NCBI GenBank assembly: GCA_023229865.1
Contig: JALNYL010000005.1
Span: 4,422 to 68,421, forward strand
DNA from: Minisyncoccota bacterium
GTDB taxonomy: Bacteria > Patescibacteriota > Minisyncoccia > Phycocordibacterales > UBA1550
Direction: 5' to 3'
DNA length: 64,000 bases
A model generated the notes under the pieces. That model searched no databases. It was not told where the DNA came from and saw only the letters and a list, made by a program, of their open reading frames with translations. The position numbers and the translations under genes were made by a program. Positions 9,418 through 19,518 of the stretch are shown piece after piece. Every line of letters begins with the position of its first letter. Positions within the stretch are counted from its first letter, which is position 1.

Positions 9418-10657
9418 TTATCCCCCTAACCTCTTCGCTGTATTTTTTTTCTGAAAAATTTTCTTTTGCAAAAAGATGAGCCGCAGTTCTCATGTTTTGC
9501 CACTGTTCGATGTTGGTCTTTTTTAATGCGATGAATTCGTTCATGTACGATGCGTAGGTGTCAACGTCGTCTTTATTTGTGATACGCGCAAAGTCTGGAG
9601 ACAGATATTCGGTGTGTGCATTCCAAATGTGTGATCGATGGGAAATGATCGGATTCCCTGCGTGCATTGACTCAGCGATATTGAGGCCAAACGTTTCTCC
9701 GTCGTTTCTAAAATGTGCTAGGCAGTCCAGTGAGTAGTGGAATCCCCAAATGTCCAGTTCATTGCTGCTTGGTGGTATGAAATGTACATTTTTAATGCTC
9801 TCGTCGCGAACTATTTTTTCTAACAGGGGAGGGGGCGACATTATTATGTAATGTGCTTGCGGGTTCTCTTTTGAAATTTTCTGAAAAGCCCTGATTCCAA
9901 TGGGGTCAAAGATGCTATCTGCGTTTCTCCCGATCCTGCCAAACACGAAATCATCTTTGGAGATTCCAAATTCGTCTCTAATTTGTTGCCCGCGGTTCTT
10001 CTCGTTTTGGTGGTCAGACAAAACCTGTACAGGGATAAAAAGAGATCTGTTGCCCGATTGTTTCCCTGTGTATGCTTCAGCGTGTCGCTGTACTTCGTTC
10101 GAAATAAAAATATTCGCAACTATGTTTTTTTGCAGTGTAGGCGAACCAAAGATATTTATCATTATTATGGGAACACGAGAAATCGTGTTGATGGGGTACT
10201 GGGTATAACCACTGTCCGCAGTAGTGACAAGGTCAATATTGTGTTCCGTTATGACATTTTTTATATGAGGGTTCATCCCCTTGATATAAAAAGGATATGC
10301 CGATTCCTTCGCTGTGTAATCAAATTCTATACAGTGCACTCTTTTGTCGATATAGTTTATACGACTATTTGCTACATTTTTGTTCGAATATAAAAAAAAG
10401 ACATCATAGTCGTCGCAGAGGCTATTTGCTAGACTTTGGAGGTTTTTTTCGGTTCCGCCAAAACTCAACCCAGAAATATGATAGAGAAGTATCTTTTTTT
10501 TAAGGTTCAGTGTGTTTGACGTGCTTTTTTTGAGTTGGTATTCTCTTGCTTCTTTTATTGATGAGATATATTTAAAATATGCCTCGTATGAGCGTACGAC
10601 CCACTTTTTTGCAAAGAGAGGGAGTTTGGTTATTATTTTTTTAATTACGCCTCTCAT
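9401..10657 (-). CDS. glycosyltransferase family 1 (GT4-like)
   Basis: 418 aa; GT-B fold features (FGRIGRN..., HFIPPSS, E-x7-E-like C-terminal region); AT-rich. Confidence 0.75.
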   Translation of the reverse strand: MRGVIKKIITKLPLFAKKWVVRSYEAYFKYISSIKEAREYQLKKSTSNTLNLKKKILLYHISGLSFGGTEKNLQSLANSLCDDYDVFFLYSNKNVANSRINYIDKRVHCIEFDYTAKESAYPFYIKGMNPHIKNVITEHNIDLVTTADSGYTQYPINTISRVPIIMINIFGSPTLQKNIVANIFISNEVQRHAEAYTGKQSGNRSLFIPVQVLSDHQNEKNRGQQIRDEFGISKDDFVFGRIGRNADSIFDPIGIRAFQKISKENPQAHYIIMSPPPLLEKIVRDESIKNVHFIPPSSNELDIWGFHYSLDCLAHFRNDGETFGLNIAESMHAGNPIISHRSHIWNAHTEYLSPDFARITNKDDVDTYASYMNEFIALKKTNIEQWQNMRTAAHLFAKENFSEKKYSEEVRGIIKNCF

Positions 10658-10659
10658 GT

Positions 10660-11400
10660 TTATTTGAATTGTAAATATGTCGCCATTTTCTTTATCGCCC
10701 TTTCAATAACGTTGAAGAGCCAACTGAGCTTCCAGCCAAGATTTGTTACGCTCCCTGTCTTGTGGTTTGGTAGAACGTCTTGCTCGCCGACGCATACTCC
10801 AAAAATCCCGCTCGGATATCCTCCGATCTCAATATTGCAGAAAAATAATTGCCAGTTGGGAAGATTTTTAATCCACCAGTCTTTATTTCGCACGTGCCAC
10901 ATGTTCCAGCTTGTGTTTTTGTCGTACCGTTCATCGAAGAATAACGTTGAATTCGTGGGGAGGTTATTTACGTATGACAAAAACTCCTCTACGTAGTAAT
11001 TTTCAATATGATTCAAGACTGTTGCCGTTGTTATGAATACAGGAGCTTTGATATCTAGCTGTTGTAGCCCATCAATCATATCTGCATTAATAAAGGAGAC
11101 ATTCGTGTTTTCTTCGTTGATCCTTGTTGCTACTTTTGTGATGGCTGTTGACGGCTCTATCCCGATGGATTTTTTAAAGAATCGAGAACTTTTTCGCACG
11201 AGCCATCCGTTCCCAGAACCAATATCAATATGGGTTTCTGGTAGGGGATTGGACATTCTTATTGCGAGTTCAAAACCTAGCGTTTTAAATAGATTGCACT
11301 GATCGTACTTTTTGATGAGTTGAATGTTGTTTTCGTAACTGTTCGTCTCTTCAAGATATTCAGAGTTATGCTTTTCGTAGCTTTGTAAGTCTTTTTTCAT
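10660..11400 (-). CDS. class I SAM-dependent methyltransferase
   Basis: DIGSGNG motif I; 246 aa. Confidence 0.75.
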   Translation of the reverse strand: MKKDLQSYEKHNSEYLEETNSYENNIQLIKKYDQCNLFKTLGFELAIRMSNPLPETHIDIGSGNGWLVRKSSRFFKKSIGIEPSTAITKVATRINEENTNVSFINADMIDGLQQLDIKAPVFITTATVLNHIENYYVEEFLSYVNNLPTNSTLFFDERYDKNTSWNMWHVRNKDWWIKNLPNWQLFFCNIEIGGYPSGIFGVCVGEQDVLPNHKTGSVTNLGWKLSWLFNVIERAIKKMATYLQFK

Positions 11401-11405
11401 AAAAT

Positions 11406-12362
11406 TTATTGAATTATACTATTTTTTACCTTATTCTTTAAGTCGTTTAAGAAGAGTAGCCAGTCGGGGAATACCCTTGCTTCTGGTCCTCTGCCTACTT
11501 TTCTCACAAACATCTCTCTCAATTCTGGTATATCCCAAATATCGAGTGATTCAAAAAATACGATGTTTTTTTGCTCAAAAAGAGTGCTAATCTGTTGTAT
11601 GTAAAAATCATAATCCGCGTCTGTTCGAATGTCTTTAAAATTGGAAAGCGTAAATTCATCCTTGAGCAGTTCTTTGTTGCGTGCCACAGATTCTTTTGAG
11701 TGGCGGTATGTGGCGTTGATCCTTCTTGCGGAGCGGCTACCCTCGACTAGCTCGCTACAGCGGTACCAGGCTTGTTTCAGCTGATTTCTTTTTTGTGCAA
11801 TCTTTTGAAAGTGAAGCACGTACCCTGTTTCAAAGGAATGGTATGTTTTAAGCGTATGATCTCCCGGGGTTCGTTCTTCTGAGAGAAACTGCTTTTTGTA
11901 GGTGCTTGTTCCGTCGTCGGAAAAAATAAAATCTTTATAGATCGACCTATCGGTTGAATTAAAGCAAAGTTCTCCGTTGTCTTGCCTTATCAAAACCCAT
12001 GGCAAAAACAATGTCGCCCCTTTATCCATCGAGCTCACCGTTTCTTTGAGTTTTTTTGAAAACTCGCCCGAGAATGTTTCGTCAGCATCAAGAAAAACGA
12101 AATGGGTACCATTAGACCTTCGCCCCTCTTGTAAAAGGATGTTTCTGCGGAGCGACATATCAACATGACGCTCTGTCGTTTCGAAGGGGACGACGCGCAC
12201 CTTGGGGTATTCTTGCGCTATTTCAAGCAGGTCATCTGTTGAATGGTCGTCCAAAATGATTATTTCATCTGAAAAAAGAGAGAAATTCTTAAGAGAAAAT
12301 CGTAAGATCCAACCTTCGTTTTTTACGGGGACAAGAGTGATTATTTTCATATTATTGAACAT
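11406..12362 (-). CDS. glycosyltransferase family 2
   Basis: IILDDHSTDD and FLDADE (DXD) motifs. Confidence 0.8.
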   Translation of the reverse strand: MFNNMKIITLVPVKNEGWILRFSLKNFSLFSDEIIILDDHSTDDLLEIAQEYPKVRVVPFETTERHVDMSLRRNILLQEGRRSNGTHFVFLDADETFSGEFSKKLKETVSSMDKGATLFLPWVLIRQDNGELCFNSTDRSIYKDFIFSDDGTSTYKKQFLSEERTPGDHTLKTYHSFETGYVLHFQKIAQKRNQLKQAWYRCSELVEGSRSARRINATYRHSKESVARNKELLKDEFTLSNFKDIRTDADYDFYIQQISTLFEQKNIVFFESLDIWDIPELREMFVRKVGRGPEARVFPDWLLFLNDLKNKVKNSIIQ

Positions 12363-13047
12363 TACGTATGATGGTATCGTTCTCTTTTTTTTGTAGGTCG
12401 TTTTTTGAACCGCTTAATGTTTTTCCGTCGTTGTTGAAAACACCTGAAAGGGTCTTTGTCTTTATTATCCTCACGTTTTTTTGTGCCGCGCGCGACCACC
12501 AGTCAAAGTCACCAGAGATCTTGAACGATTCATTGAATTCCCCGACGATACTAAATGTCTCCTTGGTGAACATAAAATGCGGACCTGCGTACATACCAAC
12601 TTTGAAAAGTTCGCGATCGTACTCAGCCGGATCAACGACCTTTATCATTGCAAGGATCTTGATGCCCCATACATAGATATATCTTTTATAGATGTACGGG
12701 AAATAAGTCGCTTGGAATCCCTTGCTAAGATTCGCGCTTCCTTCGATGAATGCTTTCGTAAAACGCAGGTCATCCACAGCCCAGAAGGTGATGTATTCAT
12801 AGAGACTTTCTTTGGTGCCCCTGTTCCAACTTGCATAAAGAGTTTCTCTGGGGACGGTGATAATTTTAAAGTTGAGGCCGGAGTTTCCTACGAGCATCCT
12901 TTCTTGATTTGAAAAATCGTTTGCGACCAAAATGTGTTCAAATTGGATATTTTGTTTTGCTAATCCATGATGAACCTTCTGGGCGCTTTTAAGGAACGCT
13001 GGAAGGTGTGTTTCTGATTTATACAAAGACGTGACGATGGAGATCAT
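12352..13047 (-). CDS. glycosyltransferase family 2-like
   Basis: N-terminal ISIVTSLYK, WAVDD DXD-like motif; 231 aa. Confidence 0.6.
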   Translation of the reverse strand: MISIVTSLYKSETHLPAFLKSAQKVHHGLAKQNIQFEHILVANDFSNQERMLVGNSGLNFKIITVPRETLYASWNRGTKESLYEYITFWAVDDLRFTKAFIEGSANLSKGFQATYFPYIYKRYIYVWGIKILAMIKVVDPAEYDRELFKVGMYAGPHFMFTKETFSIVGEFNESFKISGDFDWWSRAAQKNVRIIKTKTLSGVFNNDGKTLSGSKNDLQKKENDTIIRNVQ

Positions 13048-13053
13048 GTTGAA

Positions 13054-14265
13054 TTAAATAAGTTTTTTGATTTCGTTAATCACTGCTTCGGTGCTTATGT
13101 TACTCACACAGGGGGCAGGGCTCCCTGTGGTAAGTCCATTTGCGCAGGCGTAGGCGTCGTTGAGGCAGTCCATGTTTTTTACTGAAACAACGATGTTCTT
13201 TTCCGTATCTTGGGACGGGTAAAATTCTTTGAAATGACCAAGTCCTAATGGGCAAATCACGGTTGCTCCCACGGCCTCGGCTAAATGCGTCGGGCCGCTG
13301 TCGTTCCCAATATAAAATTTTGCCAATCGTATTATGCCCGCAGTGGAAAAGATGTTCGTTTTTGCTGTTAGGTTAAAGATGTGATCCATCTTGCTTTTGT
13401 CGACATGTTGTAGGATTCCCTCCGCTAAGTTTTTTTCCATTGCGGAGCCACAAATAACGACATCGAAATTGTGTTCAACGAGATGCTCTGCAATTTTTGC
13501 AAATTTGTCGACTGGCCATTTTGAAACAGCTCTTCCTGCGCCAGGGAAGATGACGACAAATGCTCCTTGGGCAATCCCGTATTCGGACAGTATCTTTCGA
13601 GCGCCAGCAATGTCACTGTCTTTTGAGGGGAAGGTTGTTGAGTAGTCGTCAAATGTTTTTCCCGCTAATTCTTCAATAAGATGTTTGTGTCGATAAAATT
13701 CATTTGAAATAGTTGTAGGGGTGCGTATCAACTTTGTGTACGGGTCCAAGAGAAAAATCCGACCTAGTTTTTCAACTTCATATCCCGCAAAAGATATTTT
13801 TTCTGTAGCTTGTGTTGCTCTTACGATAAAGTCGCTGATTTTTCTTCTGTAATATATTGGATTTATTACGGTATCAAAATTCATTTGGTAAAATTTCTTA
13901 GACAGAGCAAATCTGTAGAAAATATTTTTCGAGAATTTTTTTGCGTCAAAGAGAATGACATTGTCGACATTTTCTCCTTTGTATCGGTTGGCAATTTCGT
14001 AGTTGATTTTATTATCAACGAGAAGAGATATTTCATAACCAGGAAAGACTTCTCGGTATTTTAGTAATGACGGGAGGAAAATAATGAAATCGCCCAGCCC
14101 TTCAAGCTTGATAAGAAGTAATTTTTTCTTGGTATTTTGGTCTCTTCTTGTGAAGGGCAAAGTGGCCATTATCAAATTATTTACCAGTGTTCGGAAAAGA
14201 TTTATTGCAGAGTTCATGTTGTTGCGAGTGGGGAAGTGGTTGTTGATTAAAGCAAAGTATATCAT
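13054..14265 (-). CDS. glycosyltransferase family 9 (ADP-heptose:LPS heptosyltransferase-like)
   Basis: KLEGLGDFIIFLPSL and GNDSGPTHLAEAVGATVI motifs typical of GT9; alternative start at 14217. Confidence 0.75.
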   Translation of the reverse strand: MIYFALINNHFPTRNNMNSAINLFRTLVNNLIMATLPFTRRDQNTKKKLLLIKLEGLGDFIIFLPSLLKYREVFPGYEISLLVDNKINYEIANRYKGENVDNVILFDAKKFSKNIFYRFALSKKFYQMNFDTVINPIYYRRKISDFIVRATQATEKISFAGYEVEKLGRIFLLDPYTKLIRTPTTISNEFYRHKHLIEELAGKTFDDYSTTFPSKDSDIAGARKILSEYGIAQGAFVVIFPGAGRAVSKWPVDKFAKIAEHLVEHNFDVVICGSAMEKNLAEGILQHVDKSKMDHIFNLTAKTNIFSTAGIIRLAKFYIGNDSGPTHLAEAVGATVICPLGLGHFKEFYPSQDTEKNIVVSVKNMDCLNDAYACANGLTTGSPAPCVSNISTEAVINEIKKLI

Positions 14266-14373
14266 TTCTTGTTGTGCGGGAACAACTTAATCCCGCAACG
14301 CCGCAGCCCTGTACAAGAGCGTTAATATGTAGTATATTTGCGGGAGTTGTACTTTACCAATGAGGAGAAAAAA

Positions 14374-16215
14374 ATGAATGCACCCCAGCAGAGAATTCGG
14401 GTTTTGTTGGTTGCTCGATATTACATCATTGAGCCCCTCGGAATCCTCCATTTGATAGGGCTTGCTGATTCGATTGGTTGTGAAGTTGATGTGGAGCTTG
14501 TCCCCGGGAATGACTTTTCTGCTCTTTACAAAAAGGTAGAAGAGTGGAAACCGGATTTTGTTGGTTTCCAAATTTGGACAGGGTGGCATCTCCAGATTTT
14601 TGCGGCTTGTGATCATGTCCGCAACATGGGGACAAAGGTGATTGTCGGTGGCCCTCACGTCACGTACTTCACCCACGAATGTGCCAAGCATGCTGATTTT
14701 GTTGTTCGCGGTGACGGTTTCCGTAATTTCAGGCGCATCTTGCAGGGAGAACTTCTCCCTGGTATACATTTTGACGTCGAACAGCTGGCGGAGTCGTTCC
14801 CTATGCCTAATCGCAGTATCGTGTACAACAAGTACCCCGCATTACGCAATAGCCCCATTCGTAGCATAATTACATCTGTTGGTTGTCCCTTTACGTGTAG
14901 TTATTGCTACGCACCAGAATGGAACAGGATGTATGGTGGTTTCAGACACCGACAACGTTCGGTGGATGACATCATTCGCGAAGGGGTTGAAATCAGTACC
15001 AAGTGGGGAGCGGAGATGGTCTACATTCAAGATGACATCTTTGGCTTTGATAAGGTTTGGCTTGCTGATTTTGCAAAACGATGGAAGGAAGAAGTTAACC
15101 TTCCGTTTCATTGCCAAATCCGATTGGAGCTTACTCGTCATACTGCCGGAGATGAGAGGTTGGACCTCTTCAAACAGGCGGGGTGTACTGGTATTACGCT
15201 TGCTATTGAGTCAGGTGATCCGTTTCTAAGGGAGCATGTTCTTCACCGCGAAATGTCAGACGAACTTATTCTTGAGGGGTGTGCGAAGATTCGCTCCCGA
15301 GGGATGACGCTTCGTACAGAGCAGATTCTTGCGGTCCCCTTTAGTAATCTGGATACAGATCTTTCGACTCTACACCTTAACAACCTTGTTGCACCAGAAA
15401 TGGCTTGGACTTCGATCTTGGTGCCATATAGTGGCACTGAATTGGGTGGAATTGCCAATGCCTTTGGTTATTACAAAGGAGAAAACGACGATATTAAGGA
15501 GGTGTTTTTCGACAGAAGTGTCATGCGACATTCAAAAACCGCAAAGGGTGTCGTGGAAAAAGTTGTCGGTGAAATGGTTAGAGTGAATAAAACCATGGAG
15601 AAGGCACAGCAATATCGGGGTTCCCCCTTGCAACGCCTCGAAGCACGAGAGGTAGCACCGTTTGTCTCGGAAGTTTTTATTCGTGATGGACAAGGCTCGT
15701 CTTTCCCGGTGCTCCCGTCTCGCCAAAAGCCGCTCTGCACCATTGAGTTTTTGAACGATGAGGAGAACGATCGATATTCCAATCAAATCGTCATTCTTCA
15801 AAGGCTCTTTATGTGGTTTGCCGCTGTCCCAGAAGCACGCGAACTCGCCAAGAGATATATATCACTTGAGCAGGAAGAGTGGACGTGGGTGCGCCTTGGC
15901 GAGGTCGTCATGGAGCACTTCAAACTGCTCGGAAAGGAGCAAGACGCAGAAAGGTGGATAAATGAACTCGTTCAGGCATTCAGCTGTGATTCTCGAGATG
16001 AATTGCCAAGCGTTGTGAAGGATAATCCACTCTACTTCGTTTTCTTTCCTTCGAGCGCTGATTTTGCTAAGCATGTTGTTGCACTAAATGTAATCAACAT
16101 GAAGGCAGAGCCAGGACGTCAGTTTGACGAGCTCGGTGGGGTGGCGCGTAGATGGTTGTTTGATACTGCTCTTTATAAAATTGTTCCCGCAACAAAACCA
16201 ATTGCTTGCGATTGA
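14374..16215 (+). CDS. B12-binding domain radical SAM protein (class B radical SAM, putative C-methyltransferase)
   Basis: N-terminal cobalamin-binding Rossmann-like region, then CPFTCSYC CxxxCxxC radical SAM cluster motif; GGAG SD upstream. Confidence 0.8.
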   Translation: MNAPQQRIRVLLVARYYIIEPLGILHLIGLADSIGCEVDVELVPGNDFSALYKKVEEWKPDFVGFQIWTGWHLQIFAACDHVRNMGTKVIVGGPHVTYFTHECAKHADFVVRGDGFRNFRRILQGELLPGIHFDVEQLAESFPMPNRSIVYNKYPALRNSPIRSIITSVGCPFTCSYCYAPEWNRMYGGFRHRQRSVDDIIREGVEISTKWGAEMVYIQDDIFGFDKVWLADFAKRWKEEVNLPFHCQIRLELTRHTAGDERLDLFKQAGCTGITLAIESGDPFLREHVLHREMSDELILEGCAKIRSRGMTLRTEQILAVPFSNLDTDLSTLHLNNLVAPEMAWTSILVPYSGTELGGIANAFGYYKGENDDIKEVFFDRSVMRHSKTAKGVVEKVVGEMVRVNKTMEKAQQYRGSPLQRLEAREVAPFVSEVFIRDGQGSSFPVLPSRQKPLCTIEFLNDEENDRYSNQIVILQRLFMWFAAVPEARELAKRYISLEQEEWTWVRLGEVVMEHFKLLGKEQDAERWINELVQAFSCDSRDELPSVVKDNPLYFVFFPSSADFAKHVVALNVINMKAEPGRQFDELGGVARRWLFDTALYKIVPATKPIACD

Positions 16216-16257
16216 TGTTATGGGGAAACGCCGCTGAGTTATTTCAGCGGCGTTTTT

Positions 16258-16992
16258 TTATTTGATTATTTTCCTTAATATAACTTCGATTTGAAGCTTG
16301 GGAGCAAAGACAAGGATTTTAAATAACCAATTATTGATCTTTTTGTTCGTTATTATGTGGATGTTTTTTCCGTCAGTGTAAAAATGTAATCCAAATTTCG
16401 AGGCAAGGTTTCGAAGGGATTGTTCTGAATAAAAGGCGACGTGCTGTCCATGGTGAAATCCATAATAACCCCAAGCGTCAGGGTCGGGGATCTCATTGGG
16501 GGGAATGAGTTTTGTTGAAAAAAGGATGGTATTGGATATGGATAATATCTTTTTAATTTCCTCTACAGGGGCAGGAAAGTGTTCAAAACATTCAAAACAT
16601 GTGACTGCTTTTATTTCTTCATTATGGTATTCAAGTCCAGTTGCGAAAATACCCTCGGTGTATTGGTCCATCCAGTAGAATTTTAGACCATAGTCGTTCA
16701 TGAGTCGCGCAAACAATCCGTACCCACCTGCATAGTCGAGAAATTTATCTTTCGCGCTAAACAAGGTATAAAAAATTACCAGGGTGATTCTCGACATGAG
16801 GATGTTTCTGCCGACATACCCCGTATCTGATTTGTTGATCGAATTTTTGTATGCTTCGTCGAGCCAGTAAGGAGTCTCTGTTTGTATGAAGTGACAGTTT
16901 TTGCAGTGAAAATAATCGACATCATACTTTTCGAGTACTCTTTTTGTGAAAATTTTTTCTACTTCTTTGCCGCAAATGTTACATGTTTTCAT
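16258..16992 (-). CDS. SAM-dependent methyltransferase with N-terminal zinc ribbon (sugar C-methyltransferase-like)
   Basis: CNICGK...HCKNCHF zinc ribbon followed by MTase-fold region (LDYAGGYG). Confidence 0.6.
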   Translation of the reverse strand: MKTCNICGKEVEKIFTKRVLEKYDVDYFHCKNCHFIQTETPYWLDEAYKNSINKSDTGYVGRNILMSRITLVIFYTLFSAKDKFLDYAGGYGLFARLMNDYGLKFYWMDQYTEGIFATGLEYHNEEIKAVTCFECFEHFPAPVEEIKKILSISNTILFSTKLIPPNEIPDPDAWGYYGFHHGQHVAFYSEQSLRNLASKFGLHFYTDGKNIHIITNKKINNWLFKILVFAPKLQIEVILRKIIK

Positions 16993-17545
16993 GATGGGGA
17001 ATCATTTTTATTAATTTTGCAGGATTTCCGCCTACAATTGCATAATCTGGAACATTTTGCGTCACAACACTACCAGCTGCAACCACACTGTGTTTGCCGA
17101 TGGTTACCCCACCAAGAACGATTGCTCGAGTGCCAATCCAGGCACCTTCTTTGATGTGTATTGGTTTTTCAGTGATGCTTGCGTGGCGTTCTTCATTGAA
17201 GAAATTATAATCATGCCCTCGTGCAAGTAAGCACACTCCATGTCCAAAAAAAACATAATCATCGATAGTGATTTTGCCAACATTATTCCCTGCGTTGATG
17301 AGTGTGTCAACCAAGGAGATATGCGAACCAAGATATATATTGTGGTGCCCGCTAAATACTCGGAATCCTTTTTCAATATACACCTGAGAACCTTTGTGGG
17401 GGATCATCTTGAAGTGTTGTCTTTCTGAGATGCGATCCCTCTTTCTTATGATGATTTCAGTGTAATCCATGCCGTAATACCAGCCCCTAACAAAACGTGC
17501 TACGGACTTGATTTGCTTTTTTATTTCGTTTAGATATGCTTTCAT
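16979..17545 (-). CDS. hexapeptide-repeat (left-handed beta-helix) sugar O-acetyltransferase
   Basis: AWIGTRAIVLGGVTIGKHSVVAAGSVV hexapeptide repeats. Confidence 0.8.
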   Translation of the reverse strand: MKAYLNEIKKQIKSVARFVRGWYYGMDYTEIIIRKRDRISERQHFKMIPHKGSQVYIEKGFRVFSGHHNIYLGSHISLVDTLINAGNNVGKITIDDYVFFGHGVCLLARGHDYNFFNEERHASITEKPIHIKEGAWIGTRAIVLGGVTIGKHSVVAAGSVVTQNVPDYAIVGGNPAKLIKMIPHHENM

Positions 17546-17551
17546 TTTTTT

Positions 17552-18514
17552 TTAAATTTTTAATTTTAATTTTCTGTAAATGAGTCTTGTGAATTTACGT
17601 AATTTTAGCATATCTAGTATTTGTATGAGGAGTATTCGATAGTTAAAATTATCAACAAATGTATCTTTGAGAAGTGCGTACTCAATTTCGATATTAGGCG
17701 TCATCTCTCGTGGGTGCTTGAGGTTCTCGACAGAAATGAATTCCGTGTGCATGTTGTTGAAGGGAGATGCGGAGATGCTGTGCGTCCCGCTAATTCCGAT
17801 GTTGCTTACCAAGTTTCTTGGGGGGATAATGCAGAGCATGTTATTCGCAAGGCAAGAAAAAAACCACTGAACATCCCACGTGTTGATGCGTTTACTGTAG
17901 CCGAATTCAAACGAGTCGTTATAAAATGACGACACGTTTTTACTGCTAAATATTTTCTGAAGGCGGTGTTGTTTTTTAAAATTAGGCCAACTCTTCATTT
18001 CTATATCATATTTACTCCAAGCTCTCCTCCAAGTGGCCCAGCCCCATATGTAGATTGGTCGCACAAAATAGTATTCGTCTTTGTTTGGATTGATTTTCAC
18101 GAGAGTTTTTTCTTGCACAAAATTGTCTCCTGATATCATCCCCACGTGTTCGTTATCCTGATATTTTTTTAACATCGTTTCGCAAAAAGCAAAAAAAGAA
18201 GGATGGGGAAGGCAGTCGTCCTCTAAAATGATCCCTTGTTCGACGTTTTCAAAAAACCAAGTAATCGAGGAGCTGACAGCATTTTTGCAGCCCAGGTTTT
18301 TTTTCTCGGAACAATGTTTTAACCTCGCATTCCCAGTCGATATTTTTCACGATGCTTTTTGTTTCAGCACAAAGGACCTGATCGCCCGGGACATTATCTC
18401 GGGGGCCATCTGACGCGATAAAAAGCTGCTTTGGTCTTGCTTTTCGAATTTCTTCAAAGACTTTTGCCGTAGTGTCTGGCCTGTTGAATATCAAGAGAAG
18501 GATGGGGGTATCCA
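17552..18514 (-). pseudogene. glycosyltransferase (nucleotide-diphospho-sugar transferase fold) disrupted by a +1 frameshift in a T6/A6 homopolymer
   Basis: ORFs 18249..18608 and 17552..18175 are one reading frame interrupted at plus-strand aaaaaa 18251-18256; removing one base gives continuous ...QLLDYLVFENVEQGIILEDDCLPHPSFF... Confidence 0.65.
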
Positions 18515-18591
18515 TAATATAATTAGTGTGTCCTTGAATTATAGCATTTTTTGAAGACCATGCCTTTTGTTTTGTGCTATTATTGATTTTG

Positions 18592-19509
18592 ATGATTTCT
18601 TTCAGCAAACTAGGGAATTATGGGAGGTTGGGGAACCAGCTTTTCCAATATGCTTTTCTGAGAACTCAAGCAGAAAGACTTGGGGTGAAATTTTATTGTC
18701 CGACATGGGAGGGGGATAGTATATTCAACTTAGGGGACGAAGGCGCGCGTTGCGCCGAATTTGTTCCACGTACATACTACGAAGATCATTCCAATGGTTA
18801 CAACCTTGATGCCACTCAAATCCAAGATGGTACTGATATTGCAGGTTTCTTTCAGTCTGATAAATATTTTAAAAAGGGGGATGTGCATCGCTGGTTTTCA
18901 TTTAATGAATCATTGTTTGTCGCCGTTAACAAAAAATATTCGGACATAAATTTTTCAGAAAGTACTGGATTGCACGTACGTCTCGGAGACTATACGACAC
19001 CCCAGCTTGTTTTCTATGTTCCAAGACCAGAATTTTATAAAAAAGCACTCGAGCTGGTTGATCACAAAAGAAGTATCCTGGTTTTTTCTGACGATGTTGT
19101 TTTTGCAAAAAAATACTTAAAGGGGATTCCCGGGAACTTCGTTTATATGGAGAAGAACAAGGGCTATGAGGATCTATACTTGATGTCTAAATGCAGAGAT
19201 GTGGTAATTTCCTCCTCGAGTTTCAGTTGGTGGGCGGCGTTCCTGAATACCTATTCAGATAAAAAGGTTGTCATGCCCGCTTCTTGGTTTTTACCAGGAG
19301 GGAAGACTGCTAATAATGATATATTTGTTGAGGGTTGGATTCGACTGAGGGCGCACCGGTTTTACGATTATTACTATATCAAGTATCTTCCTAATATAAT
19401 CAGGGTATACAGTGGAAGAATATCTAAAAGCATCGATCTATTAAGAAGGGATGGGGTTGTGTCCGCGATGAATGAAATTAAAAAATTTGTTCTCAAAAGA
19501 CAACGATAG
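18592..19509 (+). CDS. glycosyltransferase family 11 (alpha-1,2-fucosyltransferase)
   Basis: GRLGNQLFQYA and HVRLGDY motifs. Confidence 0.8.
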   Translation: MISFSKLGNYGRLGNQLFQYAFLRTQAERLGVKFYCPTWEGDSIFNLGDEGARCAEFVPRTYYEDHSNGYNLDATQIQDGTDIAGFFQSDKYFKKGDVHRWFSFNESLFVAVNKKYSDINFSESTGLHVRLGDYTTPQLVFYVPRPEFYKKALELVDHKRSILVFSDDVVFAKKYLKGIPGNFVYMEKNKGYEDLYLMSKCRDVVISSSSFSWWAAFLNTYSDKKVVMPASWFLPGGKTANNDIFVEGWIRLRAHRFYDYYYIKYLPNIIRVYSGRISKSIDLLRRDGVVSAMNEIKKFVLKRQR

Positions 19510-19518
19510 TCTAGTCTT

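Noticed and set aside
12352-12362. 11-nt overlap between adjacent GT2 genes as evidence of a frameshift
   Set aside because: Short same-strand overlaps are normal in tight operons. Both ORFs have independent N-terminal GT2 motifs.
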